The notes beneath the pieces are model-generated. The model was not told where the DNA came from. It ran no database searches and was given only the letters and a program-made list of their open reading frames with translations. DNA of 63,701 nucleotides, filler included, from Thermoplasmatota archaeon (GTDB lineage Archaea > Thermoplasmatota > E2 > JACPAO01 > JAHFTW01), in assembly GCA_041623215.1 (NCBI GenBank). It is 4 parts of 4 records of this genome, joined end to end, with 100 filler letters (N's around TTAATTAATTAA, not from the genome) between each part and the next. Parts side by side here need not be neighbours in the genome. Positions count along the whole stretch, not along the records: positions 1 to 18,427 come from JBFJXH010000025.1; 3 more parts are not named here. One strand, written 5' to 3'. Below, in pieces: positions 1 to 9,342 of this stretch; positions within the stretch are counted from its first letter, which is position 1; each line of letters starts with the position of its first letter. A program made the translations under genes and the position numbers.

Positions 1-317
1 ATGTCCTGGTTGCTGGGGCGGGCGCCAGTCTCCACGTCATAGAGATTCGCCTGAACATCCGTCAGGAATCCGCCTTGGACCGGGACATCGGCGGTCACGC
101 GGTTGATGTCCTGCCCTGGCGGAATCGTGAAGGGGCCGTAGAAGAAGGTCATCTCTCGTTCAACGCCCGGCGCCCGCGGCGTAAAGCGGTCGGCCAATTG
201 TTGCGGCGTCACCGGTTCCGGCTCTTCTTCATGGGCGCCTGCTGGCATGATGACGAGGGCAGTTGGTAAGGCTAGCATCAGAGCTGCAATGGCAATTGCA
301 AGGGTTCGAGTGTTCAT
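1..317 (-). CDS. Secreted protein, 3' end runs off the window (not in the ORF track)
   Basis: Manual translation from ATG at 317: MNTRTLAIAIAALMLALPTALVIMPAGA-HEEEPEP...FFYGPFTIPPGQDINRV..., open to position 1; Sec signal peptide; starts 12 nt after the cupredoxin stop. Confidence 0.8.
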   Translation of the reverse strand, partial: MNTRTLAIAIAALMLALPTALVIMPAGAHEEEPEPVTPQQLADRFTPRAPGVEREMTFFYGPFTIPPGQDINRVTADVPVQGGFLTDVQANLYDVETGARPSNQD

Positions 318-329
318 GGTATCAACTAG

Positions 330-752
330 TTAGAGCGTCAGAAGCTGAGCTTTCATCCAAGGGTGGACGGTGCAATAGAAGTCGTACAAGACGCCGGGAA
401 CGAGATCTTCCGTTCCTTCAACGACGGCTGTATTGCCCAGGCCTGGAATGACAGGCGTGGCAAACAGCGGGCAAGTTCCGTTCTCGGTGTCACTGGAGGA
501 ACAGTAGGAGCGAACCACCGCACCGGTTGCAACTGCTACCACGTCGTGTCTTGTCACATCGAGGTTGACGTAGGAAATCGCGCCGTCCTTGTCGGCAACA
601 AAGAGTTCCGAATCATATTGGAATCCGCCCGGCTTGAACGTGGAAGAAATAACGGATGGGGCCTCCGCAGGGCTTGCAATCCCACCGGGAAGCAGCATCA
701 AGACGACCACCGCCGCGCCCGCGATTGCCAGGGGCTTATGCCTACCGACCAT
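330..752 (-). CDS. Secreted cupredoxin / plastocyanin-azurin-like type-1 copper protein
   Basis: Signal peptide; upstream His (TRHDVV) and C-terminal YDFYCTVHPWM with the Cys-His-Met ligand loop. Confidence 0.85.
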   Translation of the reverse strand: MVGRHKPLAIAGAAVVVLMLLPGGIASPAEAPSVISSTFKPGGFQYDSELFVADKDGAISYVNLDVTRHDVVAVATGAVVRSYCSSSDTENGTCPLFATPVIPGLGNTAVVEGTEDLVPGVLYDFYCTVHPWMKAQLLTL

Positions 753-808
753 ACCCCGTCATCCCAGCTTCCTCGGTTGAAGGTTTCTGCCGGGCTGGCG
801 AGCCGCTG

Positions 809-1981
809 TCATCCCGTGATGCGGCCAATCCAACCGCCGAGTGGGTCACTTTGCAGCCCTAGTGCGGCCACGTACTGGGTACCGTCAGGCCCCACGTCCA
901 TGCTACTGATGTCGGCACCAGAATCGGCAATCAGGACCTCGCGGCCGGCGGTGGCGTCGTAACTCCAAATGGTGCGGCTGCAATAGTCGCCGAAGAGGTA
1001 CTTGCCAACCAGGGGCGTCAAGGTCGGGTCGCTGCCGCGGTACACAGAGCCGCCCGTGATGCTGCACCCCTCATTGTGGTGGTACTCGGTGACTGGTTCC
1101 GCCAGGGGGTGCGGCGCTTGATGGCTGCTGCTGTCGAAGTCATGCTGGCCTTCCCGTAGCCGCCAGCCGTAATTCATGGCCGGCGGGTTGCCAGGCGCGT
1201 GATTGACCTCTTCCCAGAGGTTTTGGCCCACATCGGCAATCCACAGGTCGTTGCCGTCGAAGCTGAAGCGCCACGGATTGCGAAGGCCGTACGCCCACAC
1301 TTCATCCGCCCCGGCAAGGTCCCCCACAAACGGATTATCGGCGGGGGCAACGTAACCAGCCGGTAGGGTGTCAACATCGAGTCGAAGGATGCTGCCGTAG
1401 AGGTCCGATGGGTCCTGCCCCGTGTCCAACGGGTCGTTGGCTAGGCCTCCGTCGCCTAGGCCGTAGTAGAGGTAACCGTCGGGCCCAAACAAGGCCAGGC
1501 CGCCGTTGTGGTTGAAGAAGGGTTGCTGCAGCGATAAGATGGGCGTCAAACTCAGCACATCCACTGTGTCGGGGTCGGCCGAGGACCGTGTGAAGCGGTC
1601 AAGATGGGTTCGCTGGGCCTGGTCAACGTACGAAACAAAGACGTAGCCATTGGACGCGTGGTCCGGGTGGAAGGCGATGGATAGCAGGCCAATTTCCGGG
1701 AACCATGCTCCTGCTACGCCGCGGATGTCGAGGAATGCCTTGGGTTGGCCAAACGAGTCACGAACGTAATCGCCGGTATCCATGTCAAACATGAGGACGC
1801 GGCCTAGACGCTCGGAGATGTACATCCGGTTGTCATCAACGCCGTCGAAGGCCACGTGGACAGGTTCGGCTAGGCCATTAGCCACAATCTCAATGTGGGC
1901 GCCATCGCCATGGGTTGCTAGACTCGGTAGAGCCAGACCTGCTAGCATGGCTGCGACCAACGTGACCACCACGCGATGCAT
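809..1981 (-). CDS. PQQ-dependent glucose/sorbosone (soluble aldose sugar) dehydrogenase, secreted
   Basis: Motifs GLLSIAFHP, NHNGG-x3-FGPDGYLY, GSILR, AYGLRNPWRFSFD, DVGQ-x2-WEEVN, NYGW; start reset to ATG 1981 (MHRVVV..., signal peptide). Confidence 0.92.
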   Translation of the reverse strand: MHRVVVTLVAAMLAGLALPSLATHGDGAHIEIVANGLAEPVHVAFDGVDDNRMYISERLGRVLMFDMDTGDYVRDSFGQPKAFLDIRGVAGAWFPEIGLLSIAFHPDHASNGYVFVSYVDQAQRTHLDRFTRSSADPDTVDVLSLTPILSLQQPFFNHNGGLALFGPDGYLYYGLGDGGLANDPLDTGQDPSDLYGSILRLDVDTLPAGYVAPADNPFVGDLAGADEVWAYGLRNPWRFSFDGNDLWIADVGQNLWEEVNHAPGNPPAMNYGWRLREGQHDFDSSSHQAPHPLAEPVTEYHHNEGCSITGGSVYRGSDPTLTPLVGKYLFGDYCSRTIWSYDATAGREVLIADSGADISSMDVGPDGTQYVAALGLQSDPLGGWIGRITG

Positions 1982-2107
1982 ACACGCCAACAGAGGGGGC
2001 GGGTGATGAGGGTTTGCCTGGGGGCCTAGGCTGCCGTGCCGGCTAAATAGGAGGCGTTTGTCGGCGGCTCCGGGCCCGGTCCCCGGGTTCAAGCATTCGC
2101 TCCCCAT

Positions 2108-2181
2108 GGGCTGCTAGCTTAGCTAGGTAGAGCAACGGACTCTTAATCCGTCGGTCGCCGGTTCGAACCCGGTGCAGCCCG
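2108..2181 (+). tRNA. tRNA-Lys (CTT)
   Basis: Acceptor stem GGGCTGC/GCAGCCC, anticodon arm ACGGA-CTCTTAA-TCCGT, T arm GCCGG-TTCGAAC-CCGGT; CCA not encoded. Confidence 0.96.
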
Positions 2182-2185
2182 CTAC

Positions 2186-3367
2186 ATGTTCTCGCGCCGC
2201 GAAGCGGCGTTGATCGCCACGGCGGCAGCGCTGGTTTTCAGTCGCGTCTTCGGCCTGGCGGTCGTCCTGCCAGGGTTTCGAGACTACTATGGGTCGGCCT
2301 TCGATGCCGCGCCTTGGCTGCTCGGCCTCGCCTTCTCGGCCTATGGTTTGACCCTCGCCTTGATGCAACTTCCCATGGGCCTACTGTCGGACCGCTTCGG
2401 ACGTAAGCCGGTGCTGCTGGCAGGCTCGGCGCTCTTCGTGGTCGGTAGTGCCTGGGCGGCCTTTGCGGGAGGTGCTTGGGAACTCGTTGCCGCCCGGCTC
2501 GTGCAAGGCGCCGGGGCAGTGGGCAGCACGGCAGTCGCCATGGTCGGAGAGACCCTACCACCCGAGCGGCGCACGACCGGCATGGCGCTGGTGGGGATTC
2601 CAGCCGGCATCGGGTTTCTGGCCGGCATGATGGCCGGTCCCTGGCTTTCGCCCTTGACGGGTGTCCCGGGTTTGTTCCTGTTGGCGGCTGGATTGGGCCT
2701 GGTAGTGGCGTTGCCCATACCGTTCCTGCAAGGGGCGAAAGGAGCCATACCTGCACCAAGCCTTGGGAATCCTGGCACCGATACGGCGCCCACAGTTGAC
2801 AATGGTCGCTCCCTGGGCCGGCCGGAAGTGGCCCTCGCCGCCGCAGGTCTGGTGGCAAATTTTGCTCTGATGACAGTCCTGTGGGGACTGCCGGATGCCT
2901 CCGGGCGGGCGTTGCTGCCGCAACTGTTGGTGGCGCTAGTGGCCATGGCGGTAGCTAGTCGTGCAATCGACCGATCTGGCCTTTCCTGGCAGCCGGTGCT
3001 GGTTGGCGTGGCGGGCTTGGCGGTGGGCGCGTTTGCCTACTTGGCCGCCGGAGGGTGGCTGATTTTTGCCGCCGGCGCTTTCTTCTTCAGCATCCACGCA
3101 ACCATGGCGGCCGTCCTTCCATCGCAGGTGAGCCGCATCGCGGGGCCCCGTGGCGGCCGTGGCCATGGCTTGCAGGCTGTGGTCGCGTATCTTGGAACTT
3201 TCCTCGCGGGACCGGTGTCCGGCTGGGCCCAGGGCCAAGGCCGTCCCCTTCTCACGGTTGTCGTGCTAGCTGCCCTGGCGTCGGTGGCGGCCGGGTTGAC
3301 GTGGCGGTGGCTTCGCGCGACGCCACTCAATGCCGGCTCCCCAACGGCTAAAACGCCCGCTTTGTGA
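2186..3367 (+). CDS. MFS transporter (YajR-like)
   Basis: Motif A GLLSDRFGRKPV, ARLVQGAGA, about 12 hydrophobic segments. Confidence 0.9.
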   Translation: MFSRREAALIATAAALVFSRVFGLAVVLPGFRDYYGSAFDAAPWLLGLAFSAYGLTLALMQLPMGLLSDRFGRKPVLLAGSALFVVGSAWAAFAGGAWELVAARLVQGAGAVGSTAVAMVGETLPPERRTTGMALVGIPAGIGFLAGMMAGPWLSPLTGVPGLFLLAAGLGLVVALPIPFLQGAKGAIPAPSLGNPGTDTAPTVDNGRSLGRPEVALAAAGLVANFALMTVLWGLPDASGRALLPQLLVALVAMAVASRAIDRSGLSWQPVLVGVAGLAVGAFAYLAAGGWLIFAAGAFFFSIHATMAAVLPSQVSRIAGPRGGRGHGLQAVVAYLGTFLAGPVSGWAQGQGRPLLTVVVLAALASVAAGLTWRWLRATPLNAGSPTAKTPAL

Positions 3368-3376
3368 GCGCTCAAC

Positions 3377-3955
3377 ATGGACCTTGCTCGTCGCGTGGCT
3401 GCCCTACGACGCCTTGGCGTCACTGTTGTGGCGCTGACGTTCGTACTCATGGTTCTCGGGTCGTGGGTCAAGGCCACCGGCAGCGGCTTATCTTGTCCGG
3501 ATTGGCCAGCCTGCTACGGCCAATGGATGCCACCGTTTCCTAGTTTGGAAAACGGGGGCACGGACCCTGCGACTGGTGAACCGGTGAGTTACACCCAGGC
3601 CCAGATTCTCTATGAATGGGCGCACAGGGCGGTCGCCTCCATCCTTGGCGTACCCATGTTGGCTTTCGCGATTGTTGCCTGGCGAGGCCGCGAATTGCAT
3701 CCTGCCACACGCTCCCTCCCAGTTGCGGCCATCGGCATTCTTGCCATCCAGATTCTCATCGGTGGGGCCACCGTCCTGCAAGGCAACCCCGCAGCGACGA
3801 CGACGCTGCACCTGGCGACAGCGACCCTGTTCTTTGGCACGGTCGTCACGGCCACGGCCTTTGTCTTCCTGCGCCCCGTTGCGGCGGCGGCACCCATTGT
3901 CGTGCGTGAAGTTCCCCGGGAGCGGCTTGTCTATCCGGGTGAGGCAGAGCCATGA
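3377..3955 (+). CDS. ctaA: Heme A synthase COX15/CtaA, half-size 4-TM form
   Basis: GLSCPDWPAC, EWAHR, TLHLA motifs; stop overlaps the heme O synthase start (ATGA). Confidence 0.85.
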   Translation: MDLARRVAALRRLGVTVVALTFVLMVLGSWVKATGSGLSCPDWPACYGQWMPPFPSLENGGTDPATGEPVSYTQAQILYEWAHRAVASILGVPMLAFAIVAWRGRELHPATRSLPVAAIGILAIQILIGGATVLQGNPAATTTLHLATATLFFGTVVTATAFVFLRPVAAAAPIVVREVPRERLVYPGEAEP

Positions 3956-4854
3956 GCGCCGCCGAGCCCTCGACGCCGTCGCTGCTGCGGGACTACGTGG
4001 AAATCAGCAAACCGCGTATCATTCTCCTTCTGCTGATTGTGGCGTGGGCGGCCATGTTCGTGGCCGATGGCGGCTTGCCGGGCGGGGTGGCCTTTGCCGC
4101 TGTCACGGTCGCGGGTATCGCAAGTACAGCTGCCAGTGGTGCGCTCAATCACGTCATCGAACGCAAGCGCGACCGCCGCATGGGGCGAACCGCCGACCGC
4201 CCCGTTGCTGCGGGGCGCATTTCGCCCCTGGCGGCTTCCGTTTATGGCGCCGTGATGACGCTGGTGGCGGTGGCGGCGCTCGCCGCACCCGGTCTGTGGC
4301 TCGCAGCGGCCTTGACGGCCGGCGCGGTGGCGTACTACCTGGTGGTGTACACGCTTATCCTGAAGCCAACCACGGCGCAAAACATTGTCATCGGCGGCTT
4401 TGCAGGATCGTTTCCAGCCCTCATTGGCTGGGCCGCGGTCACTGACAGCCTAGGTGTGGGGGCATGGTTGCTGGCTGTGCTTGTGTTCCTGTGGACGCCT
4501 GCTCACTTCTGGTCGCTGGCCTTGTTGTACAAGGAGGACTATGCGGCTGCCGATTACCCCATGATGCCCAATGTGCGCGGGGAGGTACACACGCGGCGCC
4601 TCATCGTCGCCTACTCGGTCTTGACGTTGCTTTGCAGTCTGGCGTTCGTTGCGCTTGGCCTGGCGGGCGTGCTCTACCTGGTGGCAGCGGCTGTTCTTGG
4701 GGGCCTACTGGTGGTCCGGGCGGCGGGCCTTCGAACGCACCCCGAGCCGGCTCGATACCGGAGCTTCTTCCTGTTCACGATTCAGTATCTTGGAATTCTT
4801 CTGGTGGTCCTCATGGTGGACCGCTTGCTTCCGGTCGCCGTGCCGTTCATCTAG
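3952..4854 (+). CDS. cyoE: Protoheme IX farnesyltransferase (heme O synthase)
   Basis: KPRI, N-x3-ER-x2-D-x2-M-x-RT-x2-RP, YTLILK, NIVIGG, WTPAHFWSLAL-x4-DY, YPMMP. Confidence 0.95.
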   Translation: MSAAEPSTPSLLRDYVEISKPRIILLLLIVAWAAMFVADGGLPGGVAFAAVTVAGIASTAASGALNHVIERKRDRRMGRTADRPVAAGRISPLAASVYGAVMTLVAVAALAAPGLWLAAALTAGAVAYYLVVYTLILKPTTAQNIVIGGFAGSFPALIGWAAVTDSLGVGAWLLAVLVFLWTPAHFWSLALLYKEDYAAADYPMMPNVRGEVHTRRLIVAYSVLTLLCSLAFVALGLAGVLYLVAAAVLGGLLVVRAAGLRTHPEPARYRSFFLFTIQYLGILLVVLMVDRLLPVAVPFI

Positions 4855-4883
4855 GCGATGCCAGGGCACAACGTGTGCCGGCG

Positions 4884-6176
4884 CTAGGGGTAGCTTGGCA
4901 AGGCTGCGCCGCGTTGGTTGGCAAAGCGGAGCTCGTAGCCGGTGGCGATACTCGCCAGTTCACCAAGCACTTGGTACACGTGTGCACTAACGGCGTCTAG
5001 GGGCATCTCATCATCACAGCAATCACCTTCGGCTTGGGTTACGAAAGGCTCGAAGGTGCTGCCCGGCGTGTTTAGGCTGTCATCGGCCCCTTTCTGCGAA
5101 TGGACGCGGTGAAAGCCGCCAACCACGTTGCCGCACACCATGTACAGGACCGGTTCAGCCACCAGGTCCGCTTCCGTGCGAACATCCGTCGTGACGCCTT
5201 CTTGCACAATGACACTGGTGGTGGCTGCGCCGCCTTTGCTGCGGGCCATCTTTTCACGGCCCTTTGAGTTGATGTTCAGAATGTCCTCGGGCGAGTTCAC
5301 GGCCATGACGCCCATGCCATACGTGCCTGCATCCGCTTTGACAAAAACGCGTGGTTCGCGCCGGATGCCGTAATGCGTGAAGCGCTTGCGCATTTGCTCA
5401 AGCACGCGACCGACCGCTGCGGCCACCTCTTCAAGTCCTTCTTTGGCCTTGAAATCCACACCGTCCACGCGCTCATGGTAGGCTGACAGGAGCCATGGGT
5501 CGAGGCCAACGTAGGTCCCCAATTGGTCTGCCAACGCATTGACGATGCGGAAATGCTCCGACTTGCTACGGCGATGCCATCCCATCACGGGGGGCGGGGT
5601 GACGGGTTGAGCCAAGCCGTCGAGAATGGCGGGCGAACCATCGGAGAGGTCGTTGTTGAGAATCACCACGTCGGGAACCATGCCATTGGCGACTACGTCA
5701 TCGCCCTCTCGCTGCACGCCGTGGATGGTCAAGGGGTCGCCTTTGGCGGTGGTGGTGGCCAGGCTTGGCCACGCCTCGTCCGACAAACTGCCCACGGTCA
5801 CATGGTAGCCTGCGGCGGTGAACAAATCGGCAAGTTCCTTGAGATTCTGCAGGTACCATTTGTTGCGCGTGTGGGACTCTCCGATGAGTAGCAGGTCCCT
5901 TGCACTCGGATACACTTGCTGCATGTAGTGGCTGATTGCCTGCGACGCCGCGTCGCGGCTCCGGGTGGCGAGGTTGTTGAAGCCGGCTGGAAACGCGTTG
6001 CAATCAACGACGGCGGCCTTGTGGCGGTTGCGCCTGACGTCCACCGATGTGTAAACGGGACACAACACTTGGTTGCGGTGATAGGCCAGAAAGTCCTCAA
6101 CGCGCTCGTGTTCCTTGACGAGGATGGCATCCAGCTGACCGATGGCACCAAGCGGCGTGGCATCGTCTCCGGTCAT
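4884..6176 (-). CDS. gshA: Glutamate--cysteine ligase, GshA (PF08886/TIGR02049-like, ATP-grasp type)
   Basis: PVYTSVDVR...VDCNAFPAGFNNL, ESHTRNKWY, LNNDLSDG, GWHRRSKS-x-HF, FVKADAGTYGMGVM, VIVQEGV, SLNTPG; start ATG 6176 overlaps the asnB stop. Confidence 0.85.
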   Translation of the reverse strand: MTGDDATPLGAIGQLDAILVKEHERVEDFLAYHRNQVLCPVYTSVDVRRNRHKAAVVDCNAFPAGFNNLATRSRDAASQAISHYMQQVYPSARDLLLIGESHTRNKWYLQNLKELADLFTAAGYHVTVGSLSDEAWPSLATTTAKGDPLTIHGVQREGDDVVANGMVPDVVILNNDLSDGSPAILDGLAQPVTPPPVMGWHRRSKSEHFRIVNALADQLGTYVGLDPWLLSAYHERVDGVDFKAKEGLEEVAAAVGRVLEQMRKRFTHYGIRREPRVFVKADAGTYGMGVMAVNSPEDILNINSKGREKMARSKGGAATTSVIVQEGVTTDVRTEADLVAEPVLYMVCGNVVGGFHRVHSQKGADDSLNTPGSTFEPFVTQAEGDCCDDEMPLDAVSAHVYQVLGELASIATGYELRFANQRGAALPSYP

Positions 6177-7861
6177 GCCAAGTCCTCCAGGGTCACACCT
6201 TTCCACGTACCCCGCTCCACAAAGACCTCGTGCCACAAGTCGGCCACCAGTTGTTCGGCCGGTGAGCGAAAGCCGGGCCGCAGCGGACGTTTTCCAACCA
6301 GCTTCGCGGCCCGTTCTTCGAAGCGTTGAATCGCATGCGGAGCGGTCGCTCGCCCAGCCGGAACTTTGCGACGCCAAACTAACTCCTTGGGGAGACCCAC
6401 ATCGGCGACGGCTTTGCGGAAGATCCACTTCTCCATCGCCTCAGCAGCCGGTGCCAAAGGTGGCGTTGCCACTTTCCAACCCCAAGGCGCGGCACGACTG
6501 GCGGCGTGCAAGGGCCTGCTGAGGAAGGGCACGCGAACCTCGAGGCCGTGTGCCATGCTGTTGCGGTCCACGAGGCGGAGCTGGAAGTTGTTGAGTTGCC
6601 CTTGCTGGTCCCATTCCGCCAACGCCGAGCCCGAAAGATGGGTCAAGGCGACGGTGGTCGCGAGCTCTTCGGCGTGCGCTGGCGCAGCGGCCCGTATGCG
6701 TGCGAGGCGCTCCTTGGCCAGAGCCATGGGCTGCTTGTAGCGTTCATAGCCGCCCCATAATTCGTCGCTCCCCTGGCCACAAAGGCCAACGGTTACGTCC
6801 TGGCGCATGAAGGAAAACAGTGGTTCGAAGAAGAACTCAGTATAGTTGATGTTCTCATTGTGCCAGGCGTATTTGGGTAGTCCAGTCCAGACATCGTCGT
6901 CGTCAAAGAAGGTCTCCTTGTGCGTTGTGCCCAGGTGCTCGGCTAGGCGCCGCGCGGCCTGAAAGTCTTCCACATCTTCGGAATCGGCAATGGTGAACGT
7001 CTGGATGGGAGCATCGGCAAGAAGTGTCTGGTGGACCGCTGCAACGGCTGCCGAGTCCAAGCCACCCGAGAGAATCACACCAAGGGGTACGTCTGCCATG
7101 AGTTGCTCGTCAATGCTGGCAACGAAGCGCTCTCGGATGGCGCTGGCCGCCTCCGCGGGACTTGCAAAAGCCTCGTTGGCGACCTGGTAGTATGGCTGCC
7201 ACGCCACATGGCAATCGCCTCGCTGGTCGCCGGCGGAGAGAATCACGAAGGTTCCTGGCGGCAACTGGTGGACGCCCCGGAAGAGGGTTGCTTGCCCCGT
7301 CAAAAATTCGAGCGCCGCCCGTTCCTTGAGCCGGTCAAGGTCGGGCACCGGGAGAATGTCCGGGTGGACGAAGAGCGCCTTTTGTTCCGAGGCAAAAACC
7401 CACTCGCCGCCTGGGGTGCAGGCGTAAAAGAAAGGCTTGATTCCCCAGGGGTCACGGGCGATGGACAAGGTGCGAGCGTCCCGGTCCCAGAGCGCGAACG
7501 CGAACATTCCCTCCAGGCGCCCCAGCAGGCCTTCGAGGCCCCATTGGCGGTGGCCCTCAAGGAGCACTTCCGTGTCCGAGTGATCGGAGGCGAAGCGGCA
7601 ACCAAGCTCCTCCAACTGAGCCCTGAGTGAACGGTGATTGTAGATTTCGCCATTGAAGACAATGCAGCGGCTCCCATCGTGGCTCTGCATGGGCTGAGCG
7701 CCGAAGTCATGATCAATGATGGAGAGGCGCCTATGTCCAAGGGTAACGCCGTCGTCGAGCCAAATGCCTTCGCCGTCCGGGCCGCGATGCGACAAGGCAT
7801 CGGTCATGCGTCGAACAAGGTCGGGGTCTTCGCGACCCAAGATGCCGGCGATGCCGCACAC
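6173..7861 (-). CDS. asnB: Asparagine synthase (glutamine-hydrolysing) family amidotransferase
   Basis: N-terminal (M)CGIAG Ntn Cys, HRGPDG, GHRRLSIID, FNGEIYN, SDTEV, LSGGLDS, GQGSDELWGGY, EVRVPFL. Confidence 0.93.
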   Translation of the reverse strand: MCGIAGILGREDPDLVRRMTDALSHRGPDGEGIWLDDGVTLGHRRLSIIDHDFGAQPMQSHDGSRCIVFNGEIYNHRSLRAQLEELGCRFASDHSDTEVLLEGHRQWGLEGLLGRLEGMFAFALWDRDARTLSIARDPWGIKPFFYACTPGGEWVFASEQKALFVHPDILPVPDLDRLKERAALEFLTGQATLFRGVHQLPPGTFVILSAGDQRGDCHVAWQPYYQVANEAFASPAEAASAIRERFVASIDEQLMADVPLGVILSGGLDSAAVAAVHQTLLADAPIQTFTIADSEDVEDFQAARRLAEHLGTTHKETFFDDDDVWTGLPKYAWHNENINYTEFFFEPLFSFMRQDVTVGLCGQGSDELWGGYERYKQPMALAKERLARIRAAAPAHAEELATTVALTHLSGSALAEWDQQGQLNNFQLRLVDRNSMAHGLEVRVPFLSRPLHAASRAAPWGWKVATPPLAPAAEAMEKWIFRKAVADVGLPKELVWRRKVPAGRATAPHAIQRFEERAAKLVGKRPLRPGFRSPAEQLVADLWHEVFVERGTWKGVTLEDLA

Positions 7862-7907
7862 AGCTTCGCCACCTTGGATGTGTGGTTAAGAGGTGTCCAA
7901 TGGGACC

Positions 7908-7941
7908 GAAAGGGGAAAGGGAAGGGAAAGGGGAAAAGAAG
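7908..7941 (-). terminator. Pyrimidine-rich (T/C) putative terminator
   Basis: Purine-only run on + strand, reading as a pure T/C tract on - strand, about 10 nt after the stop of the 7953..9239 gene. Confidence 0.55.
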
Positions 7942-7952
7942 CGAGACGACGC

Positions 7953-9239
7953 TTATTCGTCGGCGCCGTAGTTGTCGCAGCCTTCGGGCAGCGTCTGGTT
8001 GGTTTCGCTGCAGCGAAGCGGCGTGAACTCACGCAGGAAGCCAGCTTCGCGGCGGGTCAAGGCCCAGTCCACTTCGTCGCGCGTGGTGTTCTCGGCGTTG
8101 TTGGCGATGCCACCGGCGAAGCCGTCAGGGTCCGCGGCGATGGCAGAGACATCTTCGACGGTGTTGTTGACGCCGTCGTTGGCCATGCCGGTAACCACGT
8201 CAACCGGGTCTTCCGGCGGGTCAGCCTCGGCTGCTGCACGGGTGAAGCACTCGGCGTTCGATTCGTCGTTGCGGTCCTCAATGTCCGCGCAGGAGTGGCT
8301 GCCGCAGCGGCTACCTTGTGTGAAGGAGCGGCCGTCGGGGCTCGTACCGGCAGTGTCAGTTCCGGACCATCCAAGGTCCCAGCACTTGTAGTTCAGGAGC
8401 TTGGCGTTGCAGGTGGGTGCGAAGCCTTCCCAGTAGTCGGTCATGAACTTCTTGACGTAGGGCTGGCCTTCAGGGGTCCAGGTTTCCCAGCGGCCAACGA
8501 CGTTGCCACCTTCATCGGCCCACGTTTCGTTGAAGCGCTTGGGCTGGAAGTGGTCTTGCGTGACGGTGCCGAGTTCGGGGTCCTCGTAGGTGATGTCTAG
8601 CTTGTTCCACACTTGGCCTTCGAGTTCACAAAGGTCGAGCGGCGGGTCAGCGACGACCGTCGAGGCGCGCACGCTGAATTCCGCGCCGGGAGCGCCGAGC
8701 CAGAGGTAAACGAGCAGGTGAGTGGCACCCGGAATGCGGGGGCAGTTTGCTTCGCCGCCGCCAGTGGCACAGCCGCTGTTACCCAAGTATTCCCAACGGT
8801 CGGGGCCGTTTTCGTCACTCGGGCTGAACTTGAACCAGCGAGCGTCGAAGTCGGGCGCTAAGCCACACGCCGGGCCGGGGGAGTCATAGCATTCGTTGCC
8901 TAGCACGCTAACGCCGGTAATCTTCGGGGAACCAATCTCGAACAGAATGGAGTCGACGCCCTGAATGCCGGTGCCGGCTTCGCCATCGTTCGGGTCGGCG
9001 TCTTCGTACGTAAGCCAGTAGACGAAGTCACCGCGGGAATCTACGAAGGTACTGCAACAATCGGTCCGGAGGGCCGCGATGGAGGCGTCTTTGCCGCCTT
9101 CCACGTAGCAGCCGACCTGTGGATTGTCTCCAAGGGTCGAACAGAAATCGGTCGAGTTCGCTTCCGCGCTGAGCGGCATGGTGACCATCAGCATCAGAGC
9201 TGTGGTCAGGGATGCAAGTAGCTTGTTCATGGGGGTCAC
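7953..9239 (-). CDS. Secreted acidic Cys-rich protein of unknown function (16 Cys)
   Basis: Signal peptide MNKLLASLTTALMLMVTMPLSAEA (ATG 9230 is an alternative start), AGGAG upstream, downstream T/C tract. Confidence 0.85.
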   Translation of the reverse strand: MTPMNKLLASLTTALMLMVTMPLSAEANSTDFCSTLGDNPQVGCYVEGGKDASIAALRTDCCSTFVDSRGDFVYWLTYEDADPNDGEAGTGIQGVDSILFEIGSPKITGVSVLGNECYDSPGPACGLAPDFDARWFKFSPSDENGPDRWEYLGNSGCATGGGEANCPRIPGATHLLVYLWLGAPGAEFSVRASTVVADPPLDLCELEGQVWNKLDITYEDPELGTVTQDHFQPKRFNETWADEGGNVVGRWETWTPEGQPYVKKFMTDYWEGFAPTCNAKLLNYKCWDLGWSGTDTAGTSPDGRSFTQGSRCGSHSCADIEDRNDESNAECFTRAAAEADPPEDPVDVVTGMANDGVNNTVEDVSAIAADPDGFAGGIANNAENTTRDEVDWALTRREAGFLREFTPLRCSETNQTLPEGCDNYGADE

Positions 9240-9342
9240 ACTCTCCTATCCACCCTTTTGTTGGGGTGCTTGGTGGCGACAAGCGCCGTATTACAAAAGC
9301 ATTGTTGAGGTTCGGTTCCGCAGCCTAGCCGCGAAAACTGGC

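Noticed and set aside
7953..9239. Multiheme cytochrome or Fe-S interpretation of the Cys-rich secreted proteins
   Set aside because: No CxxCH motifs here or in the array; even Cys counts with Sec signals favour disulfides
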